A stretch of 64,000 nucleotides of DNA from Flavobacteriales bacterium (GCA_029262875.1 JAJCYO010000035.1:10724-74723); one strand, 5' to 3'. Numbered from the stretch's first letter, positions 10,113 to 20,260 are shown. A program made the numbers and translations. Notes: generated by a model from the letters alone, not told the origin.

Positions 10113-12428
10113 TTATTTGATTATTGTAAGCTTGGCAAATTTTAATAATAATTGCTTGTTTCCTATGTTTTGAAAATTAATAGTCGCTTTTCCATTTTCA
10201 AGGGTTTCAATAACACCATTACCAAATTTTTGATGATTGACCATCATCCCTTTTTCTAAGTTAAGACTTGCCGCACTATCTACCGTTGCTGTTGTAGAAG
10301 TGTTAGAGACTTTTGTTAGATTTTTAGGAGTAGTGTGAACCGTTTTTGGTGGAGGGTTCTTTTTAGCAGGCATTGTGCTCTTTTTCTTATAATTATTGGA
10401 AGAAGAATAGCTGTTCTCATAATTAGAAGACTGTCTTTGTTCTGGTTGACTTCCTTTCTGAAAGGTGAATTCTAAAAATTCATCGCTGATTTCTTCAATA
10501 AATCGACTTGGTTCACAAAAAATAAGTGAGCCCCATCTGTACCTGCTTGCGGCAAATGATAAATGAATTTCTTTTTCTGCTCGTGTAATGGCAACATAAA
10601 ACAACCTGCGTTCTTCCTCTAAATCTGCTCTTGAGGTTAGTGACATTTGAGATGGGAAAAGATTTTCCTCTAACCCCACAACATGTACATAAGGAAATTC
10701 TAATCCTTTAGCCGAATGGATAGTCATTAAAGTAACCTTGTCTCTATCTTCGTCTTTTTCATTGTCAGCATTGGTTAATAATGCAACATCTTGTAAAAAT
10801 TCAGCCAATCCTCTCGGAGTAACATCACCATCTTCCTCATTTTCGGTCTCCGTAAATTCTTTTAGTCCGTTTAATAGTTCTTGTATGTTTTCATATCGAC
10901 TAATTCCTTCGGGAGTTCTATCAGTGTAAAGTTCTTTTAAAATTCCTGTTGTAGAAGCAATTTCATTGCCCAATTCATAAGCATTTTTACTCATCAATTG
11001 GGAAGCAAAACTCTTCATCATTTCTATGAAATTGCCAATTTTAGTTTGAGCACCATTATTTATTCCAACATTATATTGGTTAAGGTTTGTAATAATTTGC
11101 CAAATACTTTTCTGATTGTTATTTGCGGTAATGGCTATTTTATCCATAGTGGTTTTACCAATTCCTCTGGCAGGATAGTTGATTATTCTTTTTAGTGCTT
11201 CCTCATCATTTGGATTAATAATCATTCGAAAATAAGAGAGAAGGTCTTTTACTTCTATTCTTTGATAAAAAGACAGTCCTCCATAAATTTTATAAGGAAT
11301 GTTTTTTCTTCGTAATGCTTCTTCCATTGCTCTTGATTGAGCATTGGTTCGGTACAAAATGGCAAAATCTTTATTATGTGCTTGTGCGGCTAATTGATTG
11401 TCGAAAATTAAATTGGCAACAATTTTACCTTCTTCGTTGTCTGTCGCTGCCCGATGAATTTTAATTTTACTACCTTCAACATTAGAAGTGAAAACATTTT
11501 TTTCAATTTGCTCTTTATTGTGTTTGATAATGCTATTAGCCGCATTGACAATGTTTTTAGTCGACCGATAATTTTCTTCTAATTTAAACGTCTTTGCTTC
11601 AGAATAATCGGTTTTAAAGTTTAAGATGTTTTGGATGTTTGCTCCACGAAAAGCATAAATACTTTGAGCATCATCTCCGACCACGCATATATTCTCGAAA
11701 GCAGCAGCCAATTTTTTCACAATAATGTATTGAGAGAAATTGGTGTCCTGATACTCATCTACTAAGATGTATTTAAAACGATGTTGATAGTTATTTAATA
11801 CTGCTGGATGATCTCTTAAAAGCACATTAGTTTTAAATAATAAATCATCAAAGTCCATTGCTCCAGCTTTAAAACAACGGCTTTCATAAATTTTATAAAC
11901 TTCACCAATTTTCGGTTTTGCAGCCTGTCTATCTTCTGATTGAATAGTAGTGTTATTAATATATGCTGCAGCTGAGAGCAAATTATTTTTTGCTGCTGAA
12001 ATTCTATTGTATACTAAATTAGGTTTATAAATTTTCTCATCTAATCCTTGTTCTTTAAGAATTGTTTTGATCAGGTTTTTTGCATCTTGAGTATCATAAA
12101 TGGTGAAATTTTGTGGGTAACCGATTTTTTCTGCCTCACTTCTTAAAATTCGAGCAAAGACAGAGTGAAATGTTCCCATCCATATATTTCGAGCTTCAGA
12201 ATAACCAACAATTTTACCAATTCGCTCTTTCATTTCTTGAGCAGCTTTGTTGGTAAATGTTAATGAAAGAATATTAAAAGGATCAACACCTTTGTTAATG
12301 AGATGAGCGATTCTATAGGTTAGTACCCTCGTTTTTCCAGATCCAGCACCAGCAATTACCATTGCTGGACCCTCCGTTGCTTCAACGGCTTCTTTCTGAG
12401 AATCATTCAGTTCATTTAGGTAATTCAT
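10113..12428 (-). CDS. uvrD: UvrD/PcrA-type ATP-dependent DNA helicase
   Basis: 771 aa with Walker A 'AGAGSGKTRVLT', motif II 'DEYQDTN', 'VTLMTIHSAKGLEF', and a low-complexity linker before a small C-terminal domain. Confidence 0.9.
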   Translation of the reverse strand: MNYLNELNDSQKEAVEATEGPAMVIAGAGSGKTRVLTYRIAHLINKGVDPFNILSLTFTNKAAQEMKERIGKIVGYSEARNIWMGTFHSVFARILRSEAEKIGYPQNFTIYDTQDAKNLIKTILKEQGLDEKIYKPNLVYNRISAAKNNLLSAAAYINNTTIQSEDRQAAKPKIGEVYKIYESRCFKAGAMDFDDLLFKTNVLLRDHPAVLNNYQHRFKYILVDEYQDTNFSQYIIVKKLAAAFENICVVGDDAQSIYAFRGANIQNILNFKTDYSEAKTFKLEENYRSTKNIVNAANSIIKHNKEQIEKNVFTSNVEGSKIKIHRAATDNEEGKIVANLIFDNQLAAQAHNKDFAILYRTNAQSRAMEEALRRKNIPYKIYGGLSFYQRIEVKDLLSYFRMIINPNDEEALKRIINYPARGIGKTTMDKIAITANNNQKSIWQIITNLNQYNVGINNGAQTKIGNFIEMMKSFASQLMSKNAYELGNEIASTTGILKELYTDRTPEGISRYENIQELLNGLKEFTETENEEDGDVTPRGLAEFLQDVALLTNADNEKDEDRDKVTLMTIHSAKGLEFPYVHVVGLEENLFPSQMSLTSRADLEEERRLFYVAITRAEKEIHLSFAASRYRWGSLIFCEPSRFIEEISDEFLEFTFQKGSQPEQRQSSNYENSYSSSNNYKKKSTMPAKKNPPPKTVHTTPKNLTKVSNTSTTATVDSAASLNLEKGMMVNHQKFGNGVIETLENGKATINFQNIGNKQLLLKFAKLTIIK

Positions 12429-12475
12429 TTGGCAAAAGTAAGATTATAGCGTATGAATTTTATAGTTGTGAATAA

Positions 12476-13606
12476 CTATTCTTGGTTAAAAAAAATGCTT
12501 ATTTTTTCTACTATAAAATTAATTTCCTTGAACGTTAAATAATGGTGTAGAGGTAAGCGGATTAAAGTGTTATTAAACCTTGTTGCATTCGGGAAATCGT
12601 TGTTACTCTGTTTGCCAGAATGGAATTTGCTCTGATGTAGTGGGTAAAAATGTTTTACAGCTGAGATGTTGTTCTTTGCTAAATAATCAATTAATTCATT
12701 GGTGTCATTTTCATTTTGAACAGTAATAAAAAAGGTGTGATTATTTGAGGTAGCGTTTGAATTGATTTCGGGCAATTTAAATGTTGAACCTGAAGCTAAA
12801 CCTTTTAAAGCATTAAAATAATGATCCCATAATTTTTTTCTATTTTGAGAAACCACATCAATATCTTGTAATTGAGCATACAAAAATATAGCATTAATTT
12901 CTGATTGAAAGAAAGCCAACCCTAAACCAACACTTTCATAATGAGGTAAATTGTATTGCTTAAAAGAAGCTCGGTTTGTACCATATTCCCGAGCAATATT
13001 AGCTTTTTCGATTAAATTAAGGTTATTAATAGCAATCAATCCACCTTCTCCACAAGTAATGTTTTTGGTGTAATGAAATGATAAGACACTAATGTCACCA
13101 AAAGAACCCAAGGGCTTGTTTTTGTAATAGGCATCAATACACTGAGCTGCATCTTCAATTAGATAAAGGTCATGTTGTTTGCATAGTGCTAAAATTTCAT
13201 TCATATCACATGCAACACCTCCATAATGCATTATCATTACTGCTTTCGTATTAGGAGTAATTAGTTCTTTGACATGTTCAGGACTTATATTTGGATAGTT
13301 TTTATCACAATCCGCTAAAACAACTTTAACCTTTGAAATGATAAAAGGGTTAGGGCACGTGGAGAAAGTATAGCTTGGAATAATAATTTCATCTTCAGGT
13401 TGTAGGTCTAAAGTCAGCATGGCCATTTCGATGGCTGAAGTACAACTCGGTGTTAAATAACATTTGTTGAAACCATATTTTTCTTGAAAGAATGACTGAC
13501 ATAGCTTAGTGTATTGTCCATCACTTTCAATACCACTTTCTGATATAGCAGAAGAAATTAGCTTTTCTTCATTTCCAGAGATATAAGGCTTATTAAATTT
13601 TATCAC
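12476..13606 (-). CDS. WecE/DegT-family PLP aminotransferase (dTDP-4-amino-4,6-dideoxyhexose type)
   Basis: 376 aa. 'KFNKPYISGNE...LTPSCTSAIEMA...IIPSYTF...HYGGVACDM...IEDAAQ...SFHYTKN' is collinear with E. coli WecE, including the PLP-lysine motif. Confidence 0.85.
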   Translation of the reverse strand: MIKFNKPYISGNEEKLISSAISESGIESDGQYTKLCQSFFQEKYGFNKCYLTPSCTSAIEMAMLTLDLQPEDEIIIPSYTFSTCPNPFIISKVKVVLADCDKNYPNISPEHVKELITPNTKAVMIMHYGGVACDMNEILALCKQHDLYLIEDAAQCIDAYYKNKPLGSFGDISVLSFHYTKNITCGEGGLIAINNLNLIEKANIAREYGTNRASFKQYNLPHYESVGLGLAFFQSEINAIFLYAQLQDIDVVSQNRKKLWDHYFNALKGLASGSTFKLPEINSNATSNNHTFFITVQNENDTNELIDYLAKNNISAVKHFYPLHQSKFHSGKQSNNDFPNATRFNNTLIRLPLHHYLTFKEINFIVEKISIFFNQE

Positions 13607-13729
13607 AACACTAAAGTAAATATTATTCCTTTCCAGAAAAAAATAGAAGACTAAGAATATGATTTTTAATTTTAATGTTCATTTATTTAAACTTTTAAAG
13701 TACCTTAGTTTTAATCAAAAAATTAAGAA

Positions 13730-14776
13730 TTGGTATATATAAATGCAATAAGTAGTTATTTCCCAAAAAAGACTTTAGACAATAAAGAGATTATTGAAGC
13801 CTATGTAAAGTTTTGTGATCCTTCAGAGAAAAAAGAAATCACAGAAGAGGACATTTTTAATCAATGCGGGATAAGGAAAAGGTATGCAGCTGAAATTGAA
13901 GAGACGGCAAAAGATATAGGTAATAAATCTGTAGAAAAGCTCTTTGAAGAATGGGATATTGATAGAGATAGTATAGAGTATATCATCTTTATTTCTGATG
14001 CATTGGATTATAAAGGGCCTACTACTGCATGTGTTATGCAGCATGATTTAAGATTGCCTGAAGCATGTGGAGCAATTGATGTTTTACATGGCTGTACGGG
14101 ATATATCTATGGACTTAGTTTGGCGAAAGGGTTAATTGTCTCAGAACAATGTAACAATGTATTAATCGTTACAGCGGATACACCATCAAAAGTAGTACAT
14201 CCTGCTGATATTGATTTAAGTGCAATTTTTAGTGATGCTGCTGCAGCTACTTTAGTATCTAATCAAAAGATGGAAGGCAAACTTAATTTTGAAGTGTCAA
14301 ATTTTATATTTGGTACAGATGGAAAAGGGGAAAAGAATCTTTTTGTTGAACGATCCGCAACCAAAAATCCGGCTGATGTTGCATGGCTTAAACAACATGA
14401 ACATCTTCCTGGTGGATTAAAAAGGGGGAGAATGTTTATGAATAGTCCACAAATATTTTTGTTTGCGTTGAGAAAAGTGCCACAATTGATAGATCAAGTT
14501 TTAAATAAAAATAATGTTAAATTTGAAAAAATAGATTATTTTGTTCTTCATCAAGCCAATGGGAAAATGTTAGACTTTATTCGTAAAAGACTAAAAATTT
14601 CTGAAGAAAAGTTTATTATAAATATTGAAAATATTGGCAACACCGTTTCTGCTACAATACCTATAGCTTTAAAAGAAATGGCAGATGAGAAAAGTGTTTT
14701 AAGGGAAAAGAACAAAGTATTGTTAGGCGGATTTGGAATAGGATATTCATGGGGAGGAACAATAATAACAGTTTAA
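13730..14776 (+). CDS. KAS III (FabH)-like condensing enzyme
   Basis: 348 aa with a TTG start. The Cys/His/Asn triad contexts 'HGCTGYIYG', 'LHQANGKM' and 'NIGNTVSATIP' are present. Confidence 0.85.
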   Translation: MVYINAISSYFPKKTLDNKEIIEAYVKFCDPSEKKEITEEDIFNQCGIRKRYAAEIEETAKDIGNKSVEKLFEEWDIDRDSIEYIIFISDALDYKGPTTACVMQHDLRLPEACGAIDVLHGCTGYIYGLSLAKGLIVSEQCNNVLIVTADTPSKVVHPADIDLSAIFSDAAAATLVSNQKMEGKLNFEVSNFIFGTDGKGEKNLFVERSATKNPADVAWLKQHEHLPGGLKRGRMFMNSPQIFLFALRKVPQLIDQVLNKNNVKFEKIDYFVLHQANGKMLDFIRKRLKISEEKFIINIENIGNTVSATIPIALKEMADEKSVLREKNKVLLGGFGIGYSWGGTIITV

Positions 14777-14794
14777 AAAAATAGAAAAATAACC

Positions 14795-15031
14795 ATGGAA
14801 GATATATTTGAATTTATTAAGAAGATAGAATTTGAAATTGATGAAATTGATGAAGGGATGCTACAACCAGAAACTAATTATAGAGAAATGGAGGGGTGGA
14901 GTTCAATGCTCGGCTTGATATTTATTGCATTAATTGACACAGAATATGATGTTACCATAAATGGTGAGGAATTAATAAATTGCGCTACAATACAAGATCT
15001 TTATGATGTTGTTAAGGCAAAAAAACAGTAA
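14795..15031 (+). CDS. Acyl/peptidyl carrier protein (phosphopantetheine-binding)
   Basis: 78-aa acidic protein with 'GWSSM' in the position of the (D/W)S(L/M) phosphopantetheine attachment motif. It lies between two KAS III genes, and its stop abuts the next ATG. Confidence 0.7.
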   Translation: MEDIFEFIKKIEFEIDEIDEGMLQPETNYREMEGWSSMLGLIFIALIDTEYDVTINGEELINCATIQDLYDVVKAKKQ

Positions 15032-16087
15032 ATGGGGTTAACAACTATTCCAAATATTAGTATAAAAGCAATTGCGGCATGTGTTCCCAAGAAAGAGGAG
15101 AGTAACTTTGATTATTCGTTATTGACTGAGTCAGAACAAAAATTATTAGTAAAAACTACAGGAATTGAAAAAAGAAGAGTGGCATCAGAATCACTTTGCA
15201 CCTCTGATATGTGTTTTGAATCGGCTGAAAAAATAATAGAAGAGCTTAACATTAACAGAGCCGAAATTGATGTTTTAATATTAGTATCTCAAACCATTGA
15301 CTATTTTTTACCTGCAACGAGCATTATTTTACAAGATAGGCTAAAACTATCTAAAAATACAGTTGCATTTGATATCGTTTTGGGATGTTCAGGATATGTC
15401 TATGGACTTTCTGTGATTAGCAGTTTAATGAGTAGTGGTAATTTCAAAAAAGGACTTCTATTGGTGGGAGATAAATCAACTTTTTCATTGTCAAAAGAAG
15501 ATAAAAGTACTTACCCATTGTTTGGAGATGCAGGAACAGCTACTTATCTTGAATATGATCCAGAAGCTATTCCAATTGACTTTAACTTACAAAGTGATGG
15601 GAGTGGCTATGATGCGATAATAATACCCGATGGAGCTACTCGTTCTCCTTGGACACCTGAATCGGATGAGATGATAGACCTTGGAGTGGGGATAAAAAGG
15701 AGTAAAAGAAATTTATGGTTAGATGGAATAGAAGTATTCAATTTTTCTTTGAGGGAGGCTCCGCCCAATGTTAAAGAACTATTGTCGTATAACAATACAG
15801 ACATAGAAGATTATGATTATTATTTGTTTCATCAAGCAAATAAATTAATGAATGAATCGATAAGAAAGAAGCTAAAAATAACACCTGAAAAAGTACCTTA
15901 TTCATTGCAAAATTTTGGGAATACGAGTTCGGGGTCTATCCCTTTAACTATGGTCACTGAATTGGGCGATAAACTGGGAAAACCAACAAACTTATTATTA
16001 TCTGCATTTGGAGTAGGGCTAAGTTGGGCATCTGCAGCTATTAAAAATGCAGAAATAAAATGTTTACCTTTAATAGAAGTCGATTAA
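15032..16087 (+). CDS. KAS III (FabH)-like condensing enzyme, second copy
   Basis: 351 aa with triad contexts 'LGCSGYVYG', 'FHQANKLM' and 'NFGNTSSGSIP'. Confidence 0.85.
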   Translation: MGLTTIPNISIKAIAACVPKKEESNFDYSLLTESEQKLLVKTTGIEKRRVASESLCTSDMCFESAEKIIEELNINRAEIDVLILVSQTIDYFLPATSIILQDRLKLSKNTVAFDIVLGCSGYVYGLSVISSLMSSGNFKKGLLLVGDKSTFSLSKEDKSTYPLFGDAGTATYLEYDPEAIPIDFNLQSDGSGYDAIIIPDGATRSPWTPESDEMIDLGVGIKRSKRNLWLDGIEVFNFSLREAPPNVKELLSYNNTDIEDYDYYLFHQANKLMNESIRKKLKITPEKVPYSLQNFGNTSSGSIPLTMVTELGDKLGKPTNLLLSAFGVGLSWASAAIKNAEIKCLPLIEVD

Positions 16088-16088
16088 T

Positions 16089-16841
16089 ATGAGTACGCCA
16101 TTTCATTTACATAATAAAGTGATATTAGTTACTGGAGCATCTTCAGGGATTGGTAAGCAAATAGCAATTAGTGCTAATGAAATGGGTGCGGATGTTATCA
16201 TAACAGGAAGGAGTAAGGAACGATTAGAAGAGACGTTTAAATCTCTAAAAAAGGGTAATAACGGTCAGTTAATTGCCGATCTTCAAAATCAGGAAGAACT
16301 CAATCAATTGGTTGAAAGCCTTCCCGAATTAGATGGAATAGTTCATTGTGCAGGAATTGTTAAACCATTTCCAATAAAATTTCTTACTCAAGAAAAAATT
16401 ACAGAAACTTTTGATGTTAATTATAGCATTCAATTGTTATTAATGGCCCAAATTTCACGTAAAAAGAAGTTGAAGAAAAATGCATCCATTGTGTTTTCAT
16501 CGTCTATTTCAGCAGCTCACCCTCATAAAGGAGGAGCTTTGTATTCAGGGTCAAAGGCAGCTTTGGAATCGTTCAGTAAAGTAATTGTTTTGGAGTTTTC
16601 TTATTTGAAAGTTCGTTCAAACTGTATCGCTTCAGCAATGGTAAAAACACCTATGTATGAATATGCTCAGCAACAAGGCACAAAAGAACAAATGGATGAA
16701 CATGTTAATAAATATCCATTAGGAGTTGGGTTACCAGAAGATGTTTCTAACGCTGCAGTTTTCTTATTGTCAGATGCTTCGAGGTGGATGACAGGTCAAA
16801 CGATTACACTGGATGGAGGGTTTTTATTAGGAGATTTTTAA
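16089..16841 (+). CDS. Short-chain dehydrogenase/reductase (FabG-like ketoreductase)
   Basis: 250 aa with the Rossmann motif 'VTGASSGIGKQIA' and the catalytic motif 'YSGSKAALESF'. Confidence 0.85.
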   Translation: MSTPFHLHNKVILVTGASSGIGKQIAISANEMGADVIITGRSKERLEETFKSLKKGNNGQLIADLQNQEELNQLVESLPELDGIVHCAGIVKPFPIKFLTQEKITETFDVNYSIQLLLMAQISRKKKLKKNASIVFSSSISAAHPHKGGALYSGSKAALESFSKVIVLEFSYLKVRSNCIASAMVKTPMYEYAQQQGTKEQMDEHVNKYPLGVGLPEDVSNAAVFLLSDASRWMTGQTITLDGGFLLGDF

Positions 16842-17770
16842 TGGATAAAATAACTAAAATATCTGTGGTTATTCCTGTTTTTAACAGTGAAAATGCCATT
16901 CCTGAATTAATACAACGGTTAATTAAAACCTTTAAAACACTGAAAGAGCATACACTTGAAATTGTGATGGTGAACGATGGCAGTACAGATAACAGTTGGG
17001 CTGTATTATTGCAAGAAAAACAAAAGTATCCAGAAGTGATAAAGGCAATTAACTTAACCAAGAACTATGGACAACACAATGCAATTTTATGTGGATTCAA
17101 TTTTTGTGTTGGCAACTACATTGTTACTATGGATGATGATCTACAGCATATTCCTGAGGAAATAATTAAATTGATTGAGAAACAACAGGAAACCGATGCA
17201 GACATAACATATGGAATATATCAAACTAAACAACATTCCATGATTAGGAACTTTGCAAGTTCTGTTGTGAGAAATACTTCCGATTTTAAATCACAGAACA
17301 AAGAGGGGGGCTCATCGTTTCGTTTAATAAAAAAGGAGCTTGTTAATACAATTATAGAACAGCATCAAAATCATTTTTTGTTTTTAGATGCTATTTTGAA
17401 TTGGTACACTGGAAATGTTAAAACTGTTCAGGTTCAACACCAAGTTAGAGAAAAGGGAAGATCAGGATATACGTTATTCAAACTTTTTTCCATTTATCTT
17501 AATGTTTTATATTATTATAGCACTACTCCTTTAAAAGTGATAATTTATGGCGGTTTATTATCATCTATTGTTTCTTTTCTAATAGGGTTAAAATTTATTT
17601 ATAAGAAATTGATGTATGATGTTCCTCTTGGGTATACATCTATTATTGTGGCGATCATGTTCAGCACAAGCCTCGTTCTTTTTTGCCTTGGAATAATTGG
17701 GAACTATTTATACAAGTTATACCAAATGCAACAAAACAAACCACCATATTCTATCAAAAAGATTATTTAA
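16841..17770 (+). CDS. GT2 polyprenyl-phosphate glycosyltransferase (GtrB/ArnC/DPM1-like)
   Basis: The ATG at 16841 overlaps the SDR stop (TAATG). 'VVIPVFNSE...VNDGSTDNS', DxD 'TMDDDLQH' and two C-terminal TM helices match the GtrB/ArnC architecture. The ORF-track start at 16784 is rejected. Confidence 0.8.
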   Translation: MDKITKISVVIPVFNSENAIPELIQRLIKTFKTLKEHTLEIVMVNDGSTDNSWAVLLQEKQKYPEVIKAINLTKNYGQHNAILCGFNFCVGNYIVTMDDDLQHIPEEIIKLIEKQQETDADITYGIYQTKQHSMIRNFASSVVRNTSDFKSQNKEGGSSFRLIKKELVNTIIEQHQNHFLFLDAILNWYTGNVKTVQVQHQVREKGRSGYTLFKLFSIYLNVLYYYSTTPLKVIIYGGLLSSIVSFLIGLKFIYKKLMYDVPLGYTSIIVAIMFSTSLVLFCLGIIGNYLYKLYQMQQNKPPYSIKKII

Positions 17771-18450
17771 TGATTATTTCTAAATACGGTATATCATTAG
17801 TTAGATTAGCTCTTAACGATGTTGAGTTGATTCGAGAAAAACGTAATTTACCAGAAATTAGAAATAGCATGATTTTTAAAGAATTCATTACACTTGAGAT
17901 GCAAATGGATTGGTTTAATTCAATTAATAACATCTACAATAATTATTTCATTATTGAATATGACAATAAAAAGGTAGGGTTGATAAATGGTAAAAATATA
18001 GACTATGAAAAACGCACTTCTGAAGGAGGGGTTTTTTTTTGGGAAGATTTTGGAACCACTAAGTTTATACCTGCACTTTGTTCTACTATAATGAATGATT
18101 ATACTTTTTTAATCAATGAATTTTATGGTAGCTACATAAAAGTGTTAAATAATAATTCAAGTGCAATTTCATACAATAAACAAATTGGGTATAAAAAAAC
18201 CGAGAGTTTAGAAACGGATGGTTCTTTTTCTTGGTATGAGCTTACTAAAGAAGGTTATCTTAGAAATAGTAATAGAATAAGAAAGGGAATAGGTGTTCTA
18301 ACGGGAGATGTTAGCCCTCTTGATATTGCCAATTTTTCGTTTGTAAATGATACTGATTATGATTTAGTGGAACTTTATAGCCCCCTTCCTCAATATTTAA
18401 AAGATAAAATTAATATTGCGTTAAGAAGAGAAAATCGTATTTTAATATAA
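17770..18450 (+). CDS. GNAT-type N-acyltransferase, PseH-like
   Basis: The ATG at 17770 overlaps the GT2 stop (TAATG). The pattern 'LVRLALNDVELIREKRNLPEIRNSM...ITLEMQMDWFNSI...YFIIEYDNKKVGLI' resembles PseH-type aminosugar N-acetyltransferases. Assigned by eye only. Confidence 0.5.
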   Translation: MIISKYGISLVRLALNDVELIREKRNLPEIRNSMIFKEFITLEMQMDWFNSINNIYNNYFIIEYDNKKVGLINGKNIDYEKRTSEGGVFFWEDFGTTKFIPALCSTIMNDYTFLINEFYGSYIKVLNNNSSAISYNKQIGYKKTESLETDGSFSWYELTKEGYLRNSNRIRKGIGVLTGDVSPLDIANFSFVNDTDYDLVELYSPLPQYLKDKINIALRRENRILI

Positions 18451-18464
18451 GCCATTAAGCTGTT

Positions 18465-19217
18465 ATGGAAAACCCTTGGTATTGTTTTTTGCATGAAAAA
18501 AGTCTAACAATTGAAGATGAAACTTATTTTAATTCAGAACAATTTGAGTGGTCAAAATTGATAGAAGATAATTTCCAGATAATAAATGATGAAATTATTG
18601 ACTACTTGAGTAAAAATGAAAGTGAGTTAAAGCCATATTTTGCCATAGACATGATGAATGCTCCAAAAAAATGGAAAGCATTTAGTTTTTACTTTTGGGG
18701 ATTACCAATGTCAAAAAAAAGAATAAGATCTTGTTCAAAAACAATATCTATTTTAGAAAAGATTCCACATATACTAACGGCTTCAGTTAGTATATTAGAA
18801 CCAAATTCTGAAATAAAACCGCATTATGGTGATACCGATGCGGTATACCGCTGTCATATGCCTATTGTTGTCCCGTCACCATTGCCAGATTGTGGGTTTA
18901 GGGTAGGTTATGAAGACAGGTCATGGGAAAAGGGTAAATTGATGGTGTTTAATGATGCAGCTTATCATAAAGCATGGAATTTTACTGATAAAAGAAGGGT
19001 GATTTTATTGTTTGATGTACTTAAACCTGAATTAGCGACCCAAAAAAAATGGATTTGTGCTTTAGTAAGAGGGAGTGTTTATTGGCAGATGGTTGTTAAG
19101 CCCTTTCCGATGGTTAGTAAAATAAAAAATAAATTCACAAAAACAGTTTGTATGTTCTTTGCTTCTTTAGTCTATGTTTGGTTGTCTTTTTCAAATAAAA
19201 AATCAGCATGGTTATAA
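18465..19217 (+). CDS. Aspartyl/asparaginyl beta-hydroxylase family (LpxO-like) dioxygenase
   Basis: 250 aa. 'IKPHYGDTDAVYRCHMPIVVP...WEKGKLMVFNDAAYHKAWN...RRVILLFDV' matches the Asp/Arg hydroxylase family pattern. There is a hydrophobic C-terminal segment. Confidence 0.7.
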   Translation: MENPWYCFLHEKSLTIEDETYFNSEQFEWSKLIEDNFQIINDEIIDYLSKNESELKPYFAIDMMNAPKKWKAFSFYFWGLPMSKKRIRSCSKTISILEKIPHILTASVSILEPNSEIKPHYGDTDAVYRCHMPIVVPSPLPDCGFRVGYEDRSWEKGKLMVFNDAAYHKAWNFTDKRRVILLFDVLKPELATQKKWICALVRGSVYWQMVVKPFPMVSKIKNKFTKTVCMFFASLVYVWLSFSNKKSAWL

Positions 19218-20260
19218 TAAGTAGAGAGTTTAAACCAATCGAATATTTTTTTTGAAATAAAACCAGTAAAATCTCTCAAAAAGAAGGGTGATTTGTAATA
19301 GGTTTTTATAACCCAGAAATCTATTTTATATCGAACGTTACCTAAAAAAGACCTGTATCGTAACAATAAAGATGATTTGTTGGTTGTAGGAAAATAATCG
19401 TATGTTTTTGCATAATCGCCACATATTAAATCTAATAATTCAACATCTTGAGTTGATAAAGATTTTTTCCATTTATTTATTTGTTTAGTATTGATTGGAT
19501 TCACTAAATTTTTATGAATAGAATCTAATGCTTCAAAATCATTTTCTTTCTTTATAGATGAAATTTTCTCATGAAAGTTTAACATTTCTTGATTATAATC
19601 TATACCTAAAAAAGTGCAAATTTCTTTTGTTTTTTGTTTAGGGGAGGTTACTAAATCTATATATCTGATGGTGTAAAAATAGTTAGGTTTATTTTTTTTA
19701 ATTTTTTCGATACCTAAATTAAATGCTAACCAGCCATTTCCTAAAGCGGCTGTCGCTTTTCGAGTAAAAGAGGCTCGGTTTGAAACGACATTATCTCGAT
19801 AATCTCTAATAATCTGTATAAATTTTGCATCAGGAAAGATTTCTAATAAATCTTCAATAAAGATAGAGTATATAGGGTTTTTGTCACCTATTAAGTTGAT
19901 TTTTTCTTTATCGAAAGGAGAAGGATAGCTTAAATAAATAATCTTACAAATGGTAGCAAAACTTAGTTTTTCAATAGGATACGTTTTTATTTTCTTTGTT
20001 AATTCAACTTTATTAATACCCCAAAAGGTGTTAAATTTTTTATCTTTATATAAATCTTGAATAAGTTCATCAACAAGAATTGAATTCCAATGCGTAATTC
20101 TAAAATATTTTTGTTTGAGATGAATAATTAAACGAGATTCGATAGGTAGAATTACATTTTCATTGGCGTCTAAAACATTCTGTAGTAATGTTGTACCAGA
20201 TCTTCCTCTACCCACAATAAATACAAAAGGAATTTTTTCTATTTCATCAAGATCTATCAT
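19172..20260 (-). CDS. PAPS-dependent sulfotransferase
   Basis: 362 aa with the 5'-PSB loop 'VGRGRSGTTLL' and the 3'-PB-like 'IRDYRDNVVS'. Confidence 0.8.
   Translation of the reverse strand: MIDLDEIEKIPFVFIVGRGRSGTTLLQNVLDANENVILPIESRLIIHLKQKYFRITHWNSILVDELIQDLYKDKKFNTFWGINKVELTKKIKTYPIEKLSFATICKIIYLSYPSPFDKEKINLIGDKNPIYSIFIEDLLEIFPDAKFIQIIRDYRDNVVSNRASFTRKATAALGNGWLAFNLGIEKIKKNKPNYFYTIRYIDLVTSPKQKTKEICTFLGIDYNQEMLNFHEKISSIKKENDFEALDSIHKNLVNPINTKQINKWKKSLSTQDVELLDLICGDYAKTYDYFPTTNKSSLLLRYRSFLGNVRYKIDFWVIKTYYKSPFFLRDFTGFISKKIFDWFKLSTYYNHADFLFEKDNQT

Noticed and set aside
16784-16840. Upstream-extended start codons in the ORF track (6, 16784, 17683, 29139, 54885, 59225)
   Set aside because: The extensions overlap the preceding gene or add non-conserved residues. 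In each case an internal ATG gives the canonical N-terminus: ThiG 'MLEIAGKKF', GT2 'MDKITKISVVIPVFN', GNAT 'MIISKYG', adhesin signal peptide 'MKRTYHFF', ClpX '[12 protein letters not shown]', RsmH 'MKMEYHNPVLL'. Several of these ATGs also show TAATG coupling.
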